Notes under the pieces: generated by a model
What the model was told of the DNA's origin: nothing
The model's database searches: none
Seen by the model: the letters and a program-made list of their open reading frames with translations, nothing else
Position numbers and translations under genes: made by a program
Assembly (NCBI GenBank): GCA_951406725.2
Contig: OX597816.1
Location: forward strand, 132,246,001-132,310,000
Direction: 5' to 3'
Length of the DNA: 64,000 nt
DNA from: Octopus vulgaris
Lineage: Eukaryota
Shown: one piece after another, positions 1 through 13,610 of the stretch
Layout of the letters: every line of letters starts with the position of its first letter
How positions within the stretch are numbered: the stretch's first letter is position 1

Positions 1-196
1 ATGTATCACATATATGTTTGTTTTCCATTTGTGTCTTTCTCTGTTCGAAAGAATAGTTGATGCTCCATGTACTCGTGCGTGGTACTTTTTTGTTGTATAC
101 GTTTCGTGACGTCCTGTGCCCACATATGCATGTGTAGATGCAGGTATTACATATACATATGTATATATGCATATATACACATATAGATGTTTTGTA

Positions 197-889
197 TCTC
201 TATCTCTTCTCTCTCTATATATAAAAGGCAGTTTGTCTGTCTGTGTGTCCGTCAGGTTGTACCCTCACCCTGACCACGGCTTTCAACCGATTCTGATGAA
301 ACTTGAAACACACATAGCCCAATGACATAATTCAAAACTAACACAGCGAAAATTTTGAAAAGTTCCCCCAGTTCTGAAAAAAATCGATAAATTCGACATG
401 GGGTCGAGAATCTAAGCTTATCATATGCAACACATTTTCCGTTGTAGTTTTCGCAACTTGCAATCGATTTTCACCAAGCTCATGGTGAAGCTTAATGTTA
501 CCCTAAGGAACTTAATTCTGACGTTAGTTTTCCATGCAATACCTTACCATCAGAAAAAATCGATAAAATCATGCCATTTTGGGAAATCGCGTTCAAATTC
601 AAGATGACATATTTTCGACAATATCTTTAACAAATTGGCAGGAATTTTTTTTGAAATTCACAGCGAGCATCATGTCTGCTCCAAGGAGCTATATGGCCTT
701 TTTGATTCCAACAGGATACGTTATTACTGGAAAAAAATCGGTTAATTACATCATATGTGGCACACATAGCAAACCGATTTTTCTGCGATATTTTTTTAAA
801 TAGCGGTTCAATGAGTACAAAAAAGGGTAAAAAGGTAAAGGGCATTGCTTATCGACAAAGTTTCTTACATACCCGGGCAATGCTGCTAG
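197..889 (+). mobile_element. Non-autonomous Helitron (5' ~200 bp shared with the copy at 52373)
   Basis: Starts A|TC...TCTATATATAAAAGGCAG and ends ...CTTACATACCCGGGCAATGCTGCTAG|T. There is no TSD and it sits between A and T. Bases ~215-412 are near-identical to 52378-52582. Confidence 0.75.
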
Positions 890-950
890 TCATTATATAT
901 ATATATACTTATGCATGTATCATATATATGTATATATCATGTGTTTGTGT

Positions 951-1275
951 GTGGCTGTGGTCCCAGGTTCAGTCCCAATATGTAGCACCTTGCGCAAGTG
1001 TCTTCTATTGTAGCCTCAGGGCGACCGAAGCATCATGGATAGATTTGGTCGACGGAAACTGAAAGAAGCCTATATATGTGTGTGCCTGTGTACTGATAGC
1101 TGGTTTTGCTTTGTTTATGTCCCTGTAACCTAACGGTTTAGCAAAAGAGATTAAGACCATAAGTACCAGATTAAAAGAAATAAGTACGGAAGCATGGAGG
1201 TCGATTTGTTCAGCTAAATCCTTCAGTGTTGAGCCACTGATGGCTGCAATCCAATGACACAAACAAGTAAAAGAT
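951..1275 (+). mobile_element. CORE-type tRNA-derived SINE (family A), degenerate
   Basis: Contains GGTTCAGTCCCA...GCACCTTG.GCAAGTGTCTTCTA, then GACGGAAACTGAAAGAAGCC, a microsatellite and a tail ending AAACAAGTAAAAG. Matches the other copies in the window. Confidence 0.75.
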
Positions 1276-2225
1276 ACATAAAAACACGCATACACATCTT
1301 TCTGTTAATGAGCAAGGATATAATACTTATCAGTATTGACTATCTACCATAGGGTACCAGATAAATAAATGGAAATTTTGCCATGTTGTGTGTACTCTGA
1401 ACCCACTATAACTTTTAGCGGTTGAGTTCACTTAGGTGTATCTAGGGACCACAGGCTGAGTACATCAGCGTCCAATGTAGCTGTTGCTCTGAACGAGTTC
1501 ATTATCTTGCTGTGCTATAAAAATGAATTATTTCTTCTGGAAAATCTGTCGTTTACTTAAAATTGAAGGGAAAATGTAAAATAAAATAAAAAAGTGATAG
1601 ACACCAGCACCACGAATCACCGTGATTAAGAAATGAATAGCTTGTTACGGTAACAATGCCATACATTTTTAGAGAGGAGTAAAGTTGATCAAATCAACAG
1701 TCTTCAAATGGTTCATAGAAAAGACAGTCGAACTTCTTTATATTTCTCCAAAATTATGACCGAGTGTATTTAAGTTATCTTCCCTGCTTGTAGCACACCC
1801 TGGAGTGGTACTTGCACAGATTATCAAAGTTATTCAACTCTTTATAGTGAGAAATTACAGTGTGTGTGTAAGCAGAATATTTTCTTCCTGCCCAACTCAC
1901 AACAGCACTGGAATTCGTATACATGAAGTTAAATCTCTGCCAACACTGAAAGAGAGACGTAAAAATGGTGATGAGTATGGTGGTTGTGATGGTGTACATA
2001 CTAACATTGCCACATCCATAATCCAACCCATACAAGTCTGAGGGATAAGTTATGGTGGAGTGAGAGGGAAGGGTGTCAAAACGATGGCGGTGATATCCGT
2101 ACACAGACCCCCAGAAACACATACGTGTGTGTGTGTAGATATGTAGATATGTGCATATGTATATATGAGTATATATGTATGTGTTTATATGAATACATAT
2201 ATATATGTGTGTGTGTGTGTGTGTA

Positions 2226-2261
<36 letters not shown>

Positions 2262-3049
2262 GTTTGTACAAATATGTATATGTTTGTGTGTGATGTGTGT
2301 CTTAATATAATAGGCTTAGGAAAGAGAAAGCAACATTGGTAGCTTTGAGGAATGTGAGAGTGAGAACAGCAGTGAGAGACTGACTATATCTGGTGTAACT
2401 TGAAATAGGGTGTGTATACATTTTAAAGGGAAAACAGCTAACACAGAATCCAGTTGTATTTTTGTTCTTTTTACATCAGTCTCCCGGGAATTGAGTTATT
2501 TCTTGTTTGTATTTCTTGTCTATAGGTGGATTGCTTCTAAGTTGTGTCTGCGTCTACTTTGGTAACGGTTCTAGGATGGTTAAAAACACTACAACCATCA
2601 TTATCATTAAAACTATTGCCACCAGCACCCATGCGATCACCCAAAACTACGAACACCGAACCAACCAACCAAAATCCTTCAGATCAGATTCTATCGTTTT
2701 AGAAAGAAGGCATTAGACAATGTAGTCTGAGATAAACCATATCTAAAAGTAAGATGGGGATAACTACGATTAGATTGTCTTTCTTAGATTTCTAAGTTTA
2801 CTCAATTCGGTCTGACCTAAGCCAAACAAACACACGTGTGTGGTAATCTGAAGACCGAACGCTTGACAGATCGAATGCTCAGAACATCGAATTTTAAAAT
2901 ATTTTACGGTGAAGGAACACGGAAAACGCTCTCAAATGATATTTATTTATGGTTTCGAAAGAGATTTTATTATAGCATTTTATTATGTTATTGTGCTTAA
3001 CAAGCGAATTGTAGCGTGCATATTCACTCACAAATAATAATTGTAATCA

Positions 3050-3195
3050 TTGTTTCAAATTTCGGCACAAAGCCAGCAATTTTCAGAGGTTGGGGCATGT
3101 CGATTACATCGACACTAGAGTTCAGCTGGTACTTATTTTGTCGACCCAGAAAAGTAAAGCCGGAGGAAATGTCGCCAAGCATTTTGTCCGGTAAC
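3050..3195 (-). mobile_element. Deu/Nin-type SINE (family B), deleted copy
   Basis: Contains GGCACAAAGCCAGCAATTT...GTCGATTACATCGAC...CTGGTACTTATTTTGTCGACCC, matching the family B 3' half. Confidence 0.6.
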
Positions 3196-3222
3196 CCTGC
3201 GTCGTTATACTCATTCACTCGT

Positions 3223-3302
<80 letters not shown>

Positions 3303-3334
3303 TATACCTATATTATACACACATATACAGTTGT

Positions 3335-3700
3335 GAGAGAAAAACTTGGATTTTGTGAATTTTCCGAAGTCCTCTCTCCACTCTTTGGAAAAGATTTTCC
3401 CCACAAATTACTTTATAATCGTAATGTATACCGTATGAAAGGTATTTATATAAAATTTCATTGAAAATCCCGTTTTCCTAAAAGTTATGAGGGAAAAACT
3501 CGAATTTTGTGAATTTTCCGAAGTCCTCTCCCCATCCCTTGCAAAAGATTTTCCCCGCGAATTTCTTTATAATCGTAATGTATGCCGTTTGAATGGTATT
3601 TCTATTAAATTTTATTGAAAAAAAACCCCATTTTCCTAGAAGTTATGAGGGAAAAACCCGGATCATGTGAATTTTCCGAAGTCCTCTGTCACCCTCCCGT
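3335..3700. repeat. ~155-bp tandem repeat (about 2.3 units), probably internal to a non-autonomous transposon
   Basis: GTGAATTTTCCGAAGTCCTCT recurs at 3355, 3509 and 3667 with conserved intervening sequence. Confidence 0.8.
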
Positions 3701-4634
3701 TGCTTTTCTTATTCGTTTCCTACACATTGTTTTACACCCATTCCAGTATTTTTTTAAATTTTCATTTCCGGGTCAAGATCTAAACATTAACCTTTTGTCC
3801 AGCATGTAACGAAGACATAAACAAAATACTATCTATTAAATACTTTCGTTATTCAAATTCTCTCAATTTTGCATAATTTTCTCTTAATATAAATATAAAC
3901 AAATGAAACGACTGACGTAATAATGGAGCTAAAGAGTGATGGCGAAGGGAGATAAGCAAGTGCGCTACGTTTCCAAATGTGAATTATCCAAACCTCTGAG
4001 AATTCCTTTCAACACACGGCTATGATGCTCCCCCACTACTTCTGCTTGTGATCAGAGATGCACATATCGTCAGCCACTAAGGGACATGGTCAACTGGTTA
4101 CGGTCAAACAACTGACAAACAAATCTGTGGTATTAAGCAGAATATTTGCTGTAGCCCAAGACAAAACAATGTACATGATAACACTTCCAATCAGTTAAGA
4201 TCAGAAGCTATTATTATTTGTAAGTGAATATGCTTAGCATATCTCGCGTACCTTTGTCAAATTGAGACAGCACAGAAAAAAGGCGCGTTATACATTTCTC
4301 AAATAAACTTATTAGTGATATTGTTGTTCTTTCTGGCCTGTTTTCATATTTTCTTCTTGGTATCATGAGTATTCGGAGTTTCGGCTTTTCGATATTCTGA
4401 TTTTAGATCATTTGAATTGAACCTTCTTACGTTCGGTGTTATGACTCAAACCCGTAAAAGGCGCCGATATTTACCTTTTCATTTATTTGTTCGTTCTACT
4501 TCGTATGCTGGTAGCAGACGACATACCGGATTTGCTGTGGATTTGGATTTTTAGTTATCAGTTTGGTTTCTCTCTAACTGCAAACAGAAGCGTTTGACTG
4601 GTGTCATGCTTTGTCATGACATGACTTACCGGTA

Positions 4635-4830
4635 ACGCGGCCATGCTGGAACACCGCTTTAAAAGGTTTTAGCGGAAGAAATCGCCTCCAAGACTTATTC
4701 GCTGTAAGCCAAGTACTTATTCTATCGGTCTTTTTTTTTTTTTTACCGAACCACTAAGTTACGGGGTAGTAAACACACCAGTATCAGTTGTCAAGCGATA
4801 TGGGGAAGGGGGCAGACACAAAGACACGCT

Positions 4831-4889
<59 letters not shown>

Positions 4890-4963
4890 ATAAAAATGGT
4901 AAAACAACAAAAGAATGAACCAACTCGGAGTTTTATCATGGCTACCGAATAATTGTCATTTAC

Positions 4964-5012
<49 letters not shown>

Positions 5013-5189
5013 GTATGTATGTATATACGGCGGGCTTTTTTCAGTTTCCGTCTACCAAATCCACTCACAAGGCTTTGGTCGGTTCAAGGCTATAGTAGAA
5101 GATACTTGCCGAAAGGGGCTCCGCAGTGGGACTAAACCCAAAACCATATGGTTAGGAAGCAAGTTTCTTACTACACAGCCACGCCTGCC
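4635..5189 (-). mobile_element. CORE-type SINE (family A) with expanded central (CA)n/(TA)n
   Basis: The minus strand reads GGCGTGGCTGTGTAGTAAG...GGCAAGTATCTTCTACTATAGCC...GACGGAAACTGAAAAAAGCCCG, followed by the microsatellite and tail. Confidence 0.85.
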
Positions 5190-6564
5190 CCTAAGTATAT
5201 ATTGTCTTGCCTTAAAAACTTGCATTGAATAATTATGAAATTATCATGACTGTTACTGTTTTCTCTCCATCTTCATCTTCTGTAAGTTTGTGTAATTTTC
5301 AACTCCGTAAGAAAGGGTTGGCTTAGTTTTGTAATTCAATACCTGTTATTATGTATCTCGATCCAAGATGTAATTAATTTCTTTAATTAAATATAATTAG
5401 CACGAAAACGTTGATTATGTTTAATGACATACGTATGTATATGTTTAGTATATTTTTTTATGTGATTATCAAGTGCATACGACATACGTGCCACACTTAC
5501 CTAACTTCATAATGTATATTACATGAAGATGCATATTTAACACAGTTCGAAGCACACTTGTAACGCAAACAACTCTCATGCGTATATGTAACGCACATTG
5601 AATACAACACAACACACATAGCTGAATATGATAAATCAAACAACCTATACAGTGCTTGTTTAGCTAAACCGGAAAATCTGACATAGATGAATATACGAGT
5701 ATACTTCATGCGCACTCTGAATCCACGAGCACTTACATAAACACATGTGACCCATACTGCAAGTACACACACACGCACACAACACAGCAACTGAGAAAAA
5801 AGTATGTCATGAAGTCCATATTACTGGTTTAAACCATCTCTATTATTGTATTTCAAGTGTGTTTTAGTGAGCATACGTTATATTAGATAACGAAGCTACT
5901 GCTCAAATTAGCTTTGCTGAACCTTTTTTTCTCCCTTCTTCTCTCTCGCCTTCTCTCTTTTCCTTCCTCCTTCTATCTATCTATCTATCTATCTGCCTGT
6001 CTGTCTGTCTATCTGTCTGTCTATCTAGTCAGTAATGATTTTTTCTCTCTCTTAATATCATTACTGAAGGTCAGAAGAGGCTGAGTGACTGGTTTTAGTG
6101 CTTTTCTAATAGCATAATAGCTTGTTACAACCTGCTGAAATTCTGTGTGAAATATTGGATCAAACCGTATCTAATCCAATCTCCTTACATAATAATAGGA
6201 AGAAAAAAAAGCAGTTCGTGCCTTCATTTCTTTTTGTTGTCGTTGTTTAGGAATGTCTTAAAATTCTGTTAAATATAAAAGTATTTATTTCAATATGAGT
6301 ATGGTGGAAACGTTTTGTCAGTATCTTAATGAAGATTTCTGATATCTAGGTTGAACGGCTGTTACTTTTACTTCTTCCTATTTCGAGCCATCGATGGTAT
6401 CTCCACTTGGTCTGTCGATCACATAGAACAAGCATGGGCGACCGTTTTCGAGAAGCGGTTTGCATAAGAGGAGGGTTGCACTGCTAAAAAAATATCCAAG
6501 GTAATTTTTCGTTCAGTGTGCCATTCAGAAAAGCCTGTGTGTTGCAGTTTGTCCGTAACTGAGC

Positions 6565-7435
6565 CAGAATGAAACAAGACCCCATTTCGTCAGTTTTCTT
6601 AGGTGTTTGGTCTTGATAGCCTTTCGAAATTGCCCGAGGAAGTTGATGTAGTACTCTCTATTGTTGGTGCGCTCCTTTTCAAGGTAGTCAATAAACACAA
6701 TGTCTTTTGCGTCCCAAGAAAATGAGGCCGTCGCCGGTGAAACGACCTTGGCCTTCTTTGAAGCAGGTGAGGAGAGGTGATTCTACTGCATAGATTGTCT
6801 CGGTTATGAAGCCAGCACTCATCCTCGATTAGGAAGCGCTCAAGGAAACCAGCTGGATCTGCCCAAAATAATGTCAGATTTTCACGTGATGTGATCAGCC
6901 TGGTGCGCTTTTGATCAGGTGTCAGAAGACGTAGCACCCACCAAGCAGAAACCTTTGCCATACCAAGTTCATTGTGCAGAATATTCTCAAGTCTCTCACA
7001 AGTATGCTAATATTGGTTATTTGATTTTAGTCAGTCGCCTATCATCCATCTACACGTGGTGAGAGTTGAAGGATGTCCAGACCTTGGGTCATCTCCAAGA
7101 CTCTCCTTTCCCTCCTTAATTTCAGCTACTCATTTTTGCACTGTTGATAAAGCTGGAGCGTCAACCCCTAATGTAGCAAGCATGTCAGCATGAATGTCAT
7201 TGAGAGCTAAGCCCTTTTCTTGCAGATACTTGATAACAACACGATGCCAAATTTTGTTGATTTTCAAGAGAAGTCACTACAACATACTTTTGAAGTCTTC
7301 TTTGAAGAGTCAGATGTTAATTTACCTGGAAAGAAATAATACTATTATTAAGAATTGAAATTAAAGCATGTAAAATTTTAGAACTCTGGCATCACTCCTT
7401 CATCGTCAGCCTACGAATTTTTCAGCCCACCCTCG
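6565..7435 (-). mobile_element. Truncated mariner (Tc1/mariner) transposon with a decayed transposase
   Basis: TIR-like CGAGGGTGGGCTGAAAA at 7435. The minus strand reads KIWHRVVIKYLQEKGL...ALSTVQK*...DDPRSG. ORF 6599-6961 has SAWWVLRLLT (the WVPRLL motif) and EDECWLH (first catalytic D region). Stops and frameshifts are present. Confidence 0.88.
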
Positions 7436-8379
7436 CAGGGTTTAAACAACTTTTTTTTATTTTTTATCTCAAGTTGACAACTTTTCTTTCTGAAATGTTT
7501 TCTTTTGTTTAGTTTTCCTCACTCGCGATAGAAAAACAAACTTGTTAAATTTGTTCGAGAGAAGTAGAGGCTAACTAGTACAAATTCCCCACCTTTAGTC
7601 AAAACGTAGATCTTACACAGCTGGCAAAACAGTGAAGGACAGTCATATTGCTTTAAGGCAAAGATAATGCCGGCTGCCGAAGATTTTAAATATTCCTCCA
7701 CCTGTGGCATGTTTTTATTTTATTTTAGTTTTCATTATGGTATTCTAGCATGGTCAGGATCCACTGGCCGAAAAAAAAAAAAAACTAGTAAAGGAGCGAA
7801 ATAATTTTAGGTTTCTAGTTTTTAAAAACCCTTTAAGTCAGATAAGAAGAAGGCAGTGTCTATGCTCCGTATGAGATTTGTGGGAAGAAAGGAACCTCAA
7901 ACTGAAGATCAGCTTCAGTACTTGCAACTAAATGAACTCCTCTAAGAGTAGTCGAGGTGTCGGGTGGTGATATTAAACCGATTGAAAAACGTATAAAGAT
8001 GGACAAAATATATTTTTAAAAATTGGAATTTTTAAAATTAAAATTCTTTCATGATCGTGCCGCGTTTATTAAATATACAACGATATTTAAAACATAAAGT
8101 AATAATATAATAAATCCCTGAATGCCGTGACCTTTTTCTTTCCTCGTGAGAGAGGGGTTAGCTATTCCAAATCTCTGCTGAAAATGTTACCTTATATTCA
8201 TGTTAAACAAAATTATGCGTAACATCTTTCAAAGCATTCAAACGTTTATAGTATGGATTTTCTAAAGCCATAGATTACATTTTGAAAGCTCTGTGGTGCA
8301 GCTAGATACACCATGCAACACACTGGTTGAGATTTAATGATTTAAATGCTGATATTGTAAAAGTTATTGCAATAGTGGT

Positions 8380-8975
8380 TTCTGATTTAGGCATAAGGCC
8401 AGCAATTTCGAGAGTAGGGGTTAGCCGGTGCCATCGACCTCACTACTTTCGGGATCGATAAAATAAACATTCTTGATTTTTATCGATTCAAAAAAAAAGC
8501 AAGTCAAAGTTGACCTCAGCGGAATTTGAGCTCAGAATGTAAAGAGCCTGAACAAATAAAAGTTATTGTGATAACTGTTTCTGATGTAGACACAAAGCAA
8601 GCCATTTTGAGACTAGGGGTTAATCGATATCATCGACTCCGGTACTTGACGGGTATTTTATTTTATTAATCTCAAAACCGACAAAAGCTGAGTTTTGACC
8701 TCGATCAAATTTGAACTCAGACCGGAAAGAGCTGGAATAGATATAAGTTATTGAAACAAAAGAAGGAATCTAGGCAGCGAGCTGGGAGAATCGTATGCGG
8801 GTTGGACAAAATGCTTAGCAGCATTTCGTTCGTTCCTACGTCTTCAGTTAAAATTCTGCTGAGGTCTACTTGAACTTTTGTCCTTTGAGTTCGGTGAAAT
8901 AAGAACCAGTCGAGCACTAGGGTCGATGTAATCGACAAGCCCCTCCCCTCCTAATTTCAAGCCTTGTGTCAATTG
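8380..8975. mobile_element. Cluster of three family B SINE copies (two minus, one plus)
   Basis: Family B motifs at ~8380-8550 (-), ~8580-8720 (-) and ~8778-8975 (+). Confidence 0.7.
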
Positions 8976-9087
8976 AAGAAAAGAATAAAAGACGGAAACT
9001 TAGAAATCACAGCCCAAGCAGTGCCTTTGATTTTAAAAAAAAGTGTAGAAAATATGAATAAACTAAAAGTAATAAAAGTGAGAACCA

Positions 9088-9402
9088 TATGGCCTTGGGT
9101 TGAGTCCCGTAACACGAAACATTGGAATGTGCCTTCTACAATATACCTGCAATATAAGCTTTGTAAGTGGATTTGGTGGACAAAATCTGAAAGCAGCCTG
9201 TCGTGTGTGTGTGTCTTTGTGTTGTATTTGTCTTCCGCCACCGCTTGACAACCGGTATTGTGTTGTTTACGTTCCCTTAACATAGCGGTAGAATGTTAAC
9301 TAGACTTTAAAAAAAAAAATAAATAAAAAATAGAAAAACTGGGGGCGATTTCTTCGACTAAATCCAGTATCGCCGCAGTCCAATGACTGGAACAAGTAAA
9401 CG
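9088..9402 (+). mobile_element. CORE-type SINE (family A), diverged
   Basis: Contains GTGAGTGGATTTGG-like core, CCACCGCTTGACAACCGG and the tail GCCGCAGTCCAATGACTGGAACAAGTAAA. Confidence 0.7.
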
Positions 9403-10084
9403 ATAGAAGATAATTTGAGTAATTTTGAATTAAACAATTTCTGGGTAAAAATTTACAGAAAGTTATTATTCTGATATACCATTATACTAATATGCTAAAA
9501 TGAACATGAATATGTTTATACAGAGAAACAGACAGAAGAAAAAAAAAAGCATGATGGTAAAGAAATATTGAAGAATCTGTATTGCACCTAGAAAATGATC
9601 AAATTTTAAATTTATAATACTTGTAAATTTATTTTTATTTGAATCCTTTTATCTATAAAAAAAAAAGGTGGGGTGGGGGTCGTGAAGGACGATTGATTTG
9701 CTTAAATATGAGTCACGCTGGTAGAGGGCTAAAACTACTGTATATTGATGAATGACTTCGTTAAACTGTCAGACTTCTCTTAATCTGTGTCATTATACAA
9801 CGGTCTGTTAAAGCATAAGTTTGACATATTTGTCATCAGTCGTAACAAATGGTTGCTTTATTCTTTAGTTTCCTTTCTTCCTTTTTTTTTTGTTTTTAGT
9901 TTTTCTTCGTGATGATGTTAATCCTTCTCTCCTCCCCCACCCTTTTGTCATTATATTCAAACCAAATCCTGTCTACTCAAAGAGATTTACAAAACGGTTT
10001 CCGGCCTCGTTAAAAATATTGTGTTTCAGACCGACTGAATGAGAACAGTAACAACAACAGCAATAATAATAATAATCCTACCTA

Positions 10085-10276
10085 CTATAGGCAGAAGGTG
10101 TGAAATTGTGGTGGAGGGGGTAGTCACTTTCACCGATTCCAGTATTTGACTGGTATTTATTTTATCGATCTCGAAAGGATGAAAGGCAAAGTCGACTTCG
10201 GCGGAATTTGAACTCCGAAAGTAAAGACGGACGAAATACCGCTAAGCATTTTGTCCGACATGCCAACGATTCTTCC
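10085..10276 (-). mobile_element. Family B SINE
   Basis: Contains GAAAGGATGAAAGGCAAAGTCGACTTCGGCGGAATTTGAACTC, the reverse complement of the Deu/Nin-like core. Confidence 0.85.
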
Positions 10277-12325
10277 AACCTTAACAGCAGCAACAACCAA
10301 ATGATGACAAAAATATTGTTTTTCCTAATTTTTTTTTTTTAGTTCTGACATTATTTCCAACATCAGTTTTATGTTGCTGTCAGTGTATGCCGTGTTGCAT
10401 TCCTTAAATCTTGTATTGGATCGACAGTGGGTAGAAGGTGTCTCTCTGCACAGTTGCTTGAATTTCTAGATATAGCAAACTAATTCACTCAAATTACACA
10501 CTTCAATCTTAAAATAAATAAAAAAAGCATACATTGATCAATTTAGTCCTAGATATAGAAAAATTACGAGAAGCTGAATTAGGGCCAAACCACCACAACA
10601 ATTAATACTGTATTGTACCTTTCACAAAGCTGTACTGCATTTGTCATCTGACCTGGCAAGTTGAACTTACAAAGAATTGAAAGCGAACAAATAATTGGTA
10701 GTAAATGATTGTCAGATTGGTACACTCAGTAGAAGCTGGTGCATGGTTTCGTCGTTGTTGTTTGATTACAGATCAAACAAAACTAGAATCAAAGGCGCTT
10801 CTGCTCCTGATCACCACTCGTTTATAATGAATCTTGGATATCTAATATCTTCAATGCTTACATTCTCTGACAAACACATATCTGGTTAGCATATTTCACG
10901 CATACTTCACTACCGTCTACTACACTTTTCACTCATACGTTTCTTATCGCATGCTCACTCTTCTCTGCTGAAAAAGAAAATCTTTTTTACTATACTCATT
11001 TCCTGTCTACTGTTCTACCTTTTCGTATATCTGACTCAATATAGAATTTTTCTCACCCAATTTTATTCTTTCTCTTCTCTTTCCTTTTATCTTGATGAAT
11101 GATGACTATGCAAAACGTCGATTTATTTTTTCTTCACAGCTTAATCACGTTAAATCTTACTCTTGTTTGTTTTTGTCCTGTTATTGTCTGCTTTTTACCT
11201 AAATATAGACTCCTCGATTTACTACAGATTTATTTTCTATTCATAATCACGAAGACAAGAACGGTCATTAAGTGTGTAAAATCTTTAATATAATCATCTA
11301 GCTCTTATTTGCTTACAGCAAATTCTATCCTGCTACAAGCATTTGTATCTAGTGTCCAGTAATATGATAACTTCCTCCCACGAATCTCTCAGGCCATGAA
11401 AAGGTTAGCTGCACAGTCCTTTCTTCCACGACTAAGTCATTAAAAAACAGAAAATAACCGAAAGCAAGCAATGAGAATTTCAATCTTTACTATTTAAAGT
11501 CTATTCTCATGAACTTTATTACAAAATAATAAAAAAAGGAAAACATTTGCTTCCACTTATGATAAAAAATATTTCATCGAAATCCCTTTTCCCCTCATTC
11601 TACCAACAAATAGCTGTGCTAAACGACATTAAACTGGTTTGGCGTTGCGTAAAAAAACTTCCATTAAGCTTCATCACTGCAGTTGACTTTGTTAACCCTT
11701 TTTATATATATTCACTATAAAACATATTTACTAACTCTATAACTTTTTATTTTTTTTAGGTTTTAGTGTCAATATTTATTTATTTGCTTCTCGTTTCAAA
11801 CTAGTCGTATAAGCTGGTGGTTAGTTCAGAAGTGTGTTGTTTGAAGAAAGACATGATAGCACTTAAGCAAAATAATCAAACCTGTATATACAAGTTCACT
11901 TCAGCAATATTTTTAATGCCATATAAATAGACTTATTAAACCGCCCTGGATTATCCAAGAGAGTCCTGGTGTGTTCCAGAGGCTTAAAGACTCCTCGAGA
12001 GTAAGCGTAAACTTTTAAAATGACGATGGAATAGTGTCCTGTTTTCTTATTTTCAAGACCTTACAGATAAATTTTAAATGCTTAAGCAGCTAATGAAAGT
12101 AATGAATAAGAAAACAATGGTACTCAAGTCGAGACAGAAGTAGAGAGGCATCGTTGCTCAAGCAAAATGGAATAAGAACAACAGAATAGAAGAGAGAGAG
12201 AGGGGCGGAGGGGGAGGTCTATCGATTGTAAAAGCAATAACACAAAATTCATTTGCATTCTTACTTTGATTCGCATAATGGGAATATTAGTAGAGTCCTT
12301 ATGCAATAATATCTATACTGGCCTA

Positions 12326-12527
12326 AGGTGACGAGCTGGCAGAATCGTTACCGCACCGGGTAAATGCTTAGCGGCATTTCGTCCGTCTTCACGTTCTGAG
12401 TTCAAATGCCGCCGATGTCGACTTTGCCTTTCATCATCGGGATCGATAAAATAAGTACCAGCTGGGTAGTGGGATTAATTTACCCCTTCCCCAAAATTTG
12501 CTGGCCTTGTGCCAAAATCTGAAACCA
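12326..12527 (+). mobile_element. Family B SINE
   Basis: tRNA-like head GAGCTGGCAGAATCGTTA...GAGTTCAAAT (A/B boxes) followed by GTCGACTTTGCCTTTCATC. Confidence 0.85.
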
Positions 12528-13214
12528 ATACGTATACTGACCTGAAATGCTATACAAAATTGCATATATGGTATAATCAAGTAATTGGTTTCATAATGAA
12601 ATGGTTCATTGAATTGCACTTGAACAATATTTAAACAAACTTTAAGTGTCTAATTTATATAAGCTCTTCCCGATTCATATACTCATACGGTCGGTTTCTC
12701 GGATTCTTTGACGTGTGTGTGTGTGTATAATAGACGAAATGTTCATAGATCTCCTTTCCACTTGATCGCACTTGCGTGTGCGTGCCCGTGCGTTCACACA
12801 CACACCGTTACACTGTATGTGATATTCCATTCACCTATCAGTCGCTAAAATCCATCCGACGATAGTCTTCCACACAATATCCGTCTTCCCAATTTCATTC
12901 TCGGGGTTTGAGTTACCCTGAGGTTATGGCACAAGACAGCCCAAAATATCTTGTAATAGGATCGAATCTGGGACCTCAGATTTTCGAAGCGAACTTCCTA
13001 GCTTTCGCTTATACTTGTGTCTGCATTTCAAGTATACTGTATCTGAGATTTCGTTATACGTGTCCTTCGTTTTTATAAATTGGAGTGGCTGTTATTCGAG
13101 AGAGATCTGGTATTTATTGTCAGTAGTTGCAGCGACGTCGTAGATTTTGCCCTGTGTTGATTTGATCGTTAAATTCTTTTGTTCTATTAATTGTTTCAAT
13201 TCTTTTAATTGTCG

Positions 13215-13449
13215 AACAATTCGACCCCAGGACTTCTTTTTAAGCCTAGCACTTATTCTATCGGTCTTTGCCGAACCGCTAAGTCACGTTGGCGTAAACA
13301 TACCAACACCGGTTGTCAAGCGATGATGGGTGGGGGGACAAACACACACACACACACCCATATACTACGGGCTTCTTTCAGTTACCGTCTATCAAATCCA
13401 CTCACAAGGCTTTGGTCGGCCCGAGGCTATAGTAGAAGACACTTGCCCG
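13215..13449 (-). mobile_element. CORE-type SINE (family A), 5' truncated
   Basis: Contains CCACTCACAAGGCTTTGGTCGGCCCGAGGCTATAGTAGAAGACACTTGCCC. Confidence 0.8.
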
Positions 13450-13469
13450 ATATAAATATGCGCGTACGT

Positions 13470-13610
13470 GTATGAAATTAAATAAATTTCAAAGGAACAC
13501 GAAATTAAGAAATATACTCCATTCGCTTACATCTGTTTCTGCTATAGAATGCAGTGGTGCACTCAGAGTTGACTGCTTGTGCTTCACCTTATAGCTTCGT
13601 CGAAGCTGGA
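13470..13610 (-). mobile_element. Penelope-like 3' end remnant with a degenerate hammerhead-like motif
   Basis: The minus strand reads TTCGACGAA-GCTATA...TATAGC-A-GAAAC-AGAT-GTA, resembling the CUGANGA/helix II/GAAAC-palindrome-GUA layout of Penelope minimal hammerheads. Confidence 0.45.

Noticed and set aside
116-325. ORF sharing LYPHPDHGFQPILMKL with ORF 52269-52529, which could look like a duplicated gene
   Set aside because: The shared peptide is incidental translation of the non-coding 5' end of a Helitron family.
3335-3700. Regularly spaced repeats that could suggest a CRISPR array
   Set aside because: The intervening sequence is also repeated (a true tandem repeat), the context is eukaryotic and there are no cas genes.
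8150-8340. ATGGATTTTCTAAAGCCATAGAT resembling the LINE RT motif DFSKAFD
   Set aside because: It requires a frameshift and a substitution, and I could not find neighbouring RT motifs. Too weak to call.
10690-11200. Possible decayed Penelope 3' end (FIMNLGYL peptide, then CTTGATGAA...CAAAACGTC)
   Set aside because: The similarity is only impressionistic and helix II cannot be formed.
12326-12410. tRNA-like A/B boxes (TGGCAGAATCG, GAGTTCAAAT)
   Set aside because: These are SINE heads repeated many times and lack a full cloverleaf, so they are not tRNA genes.
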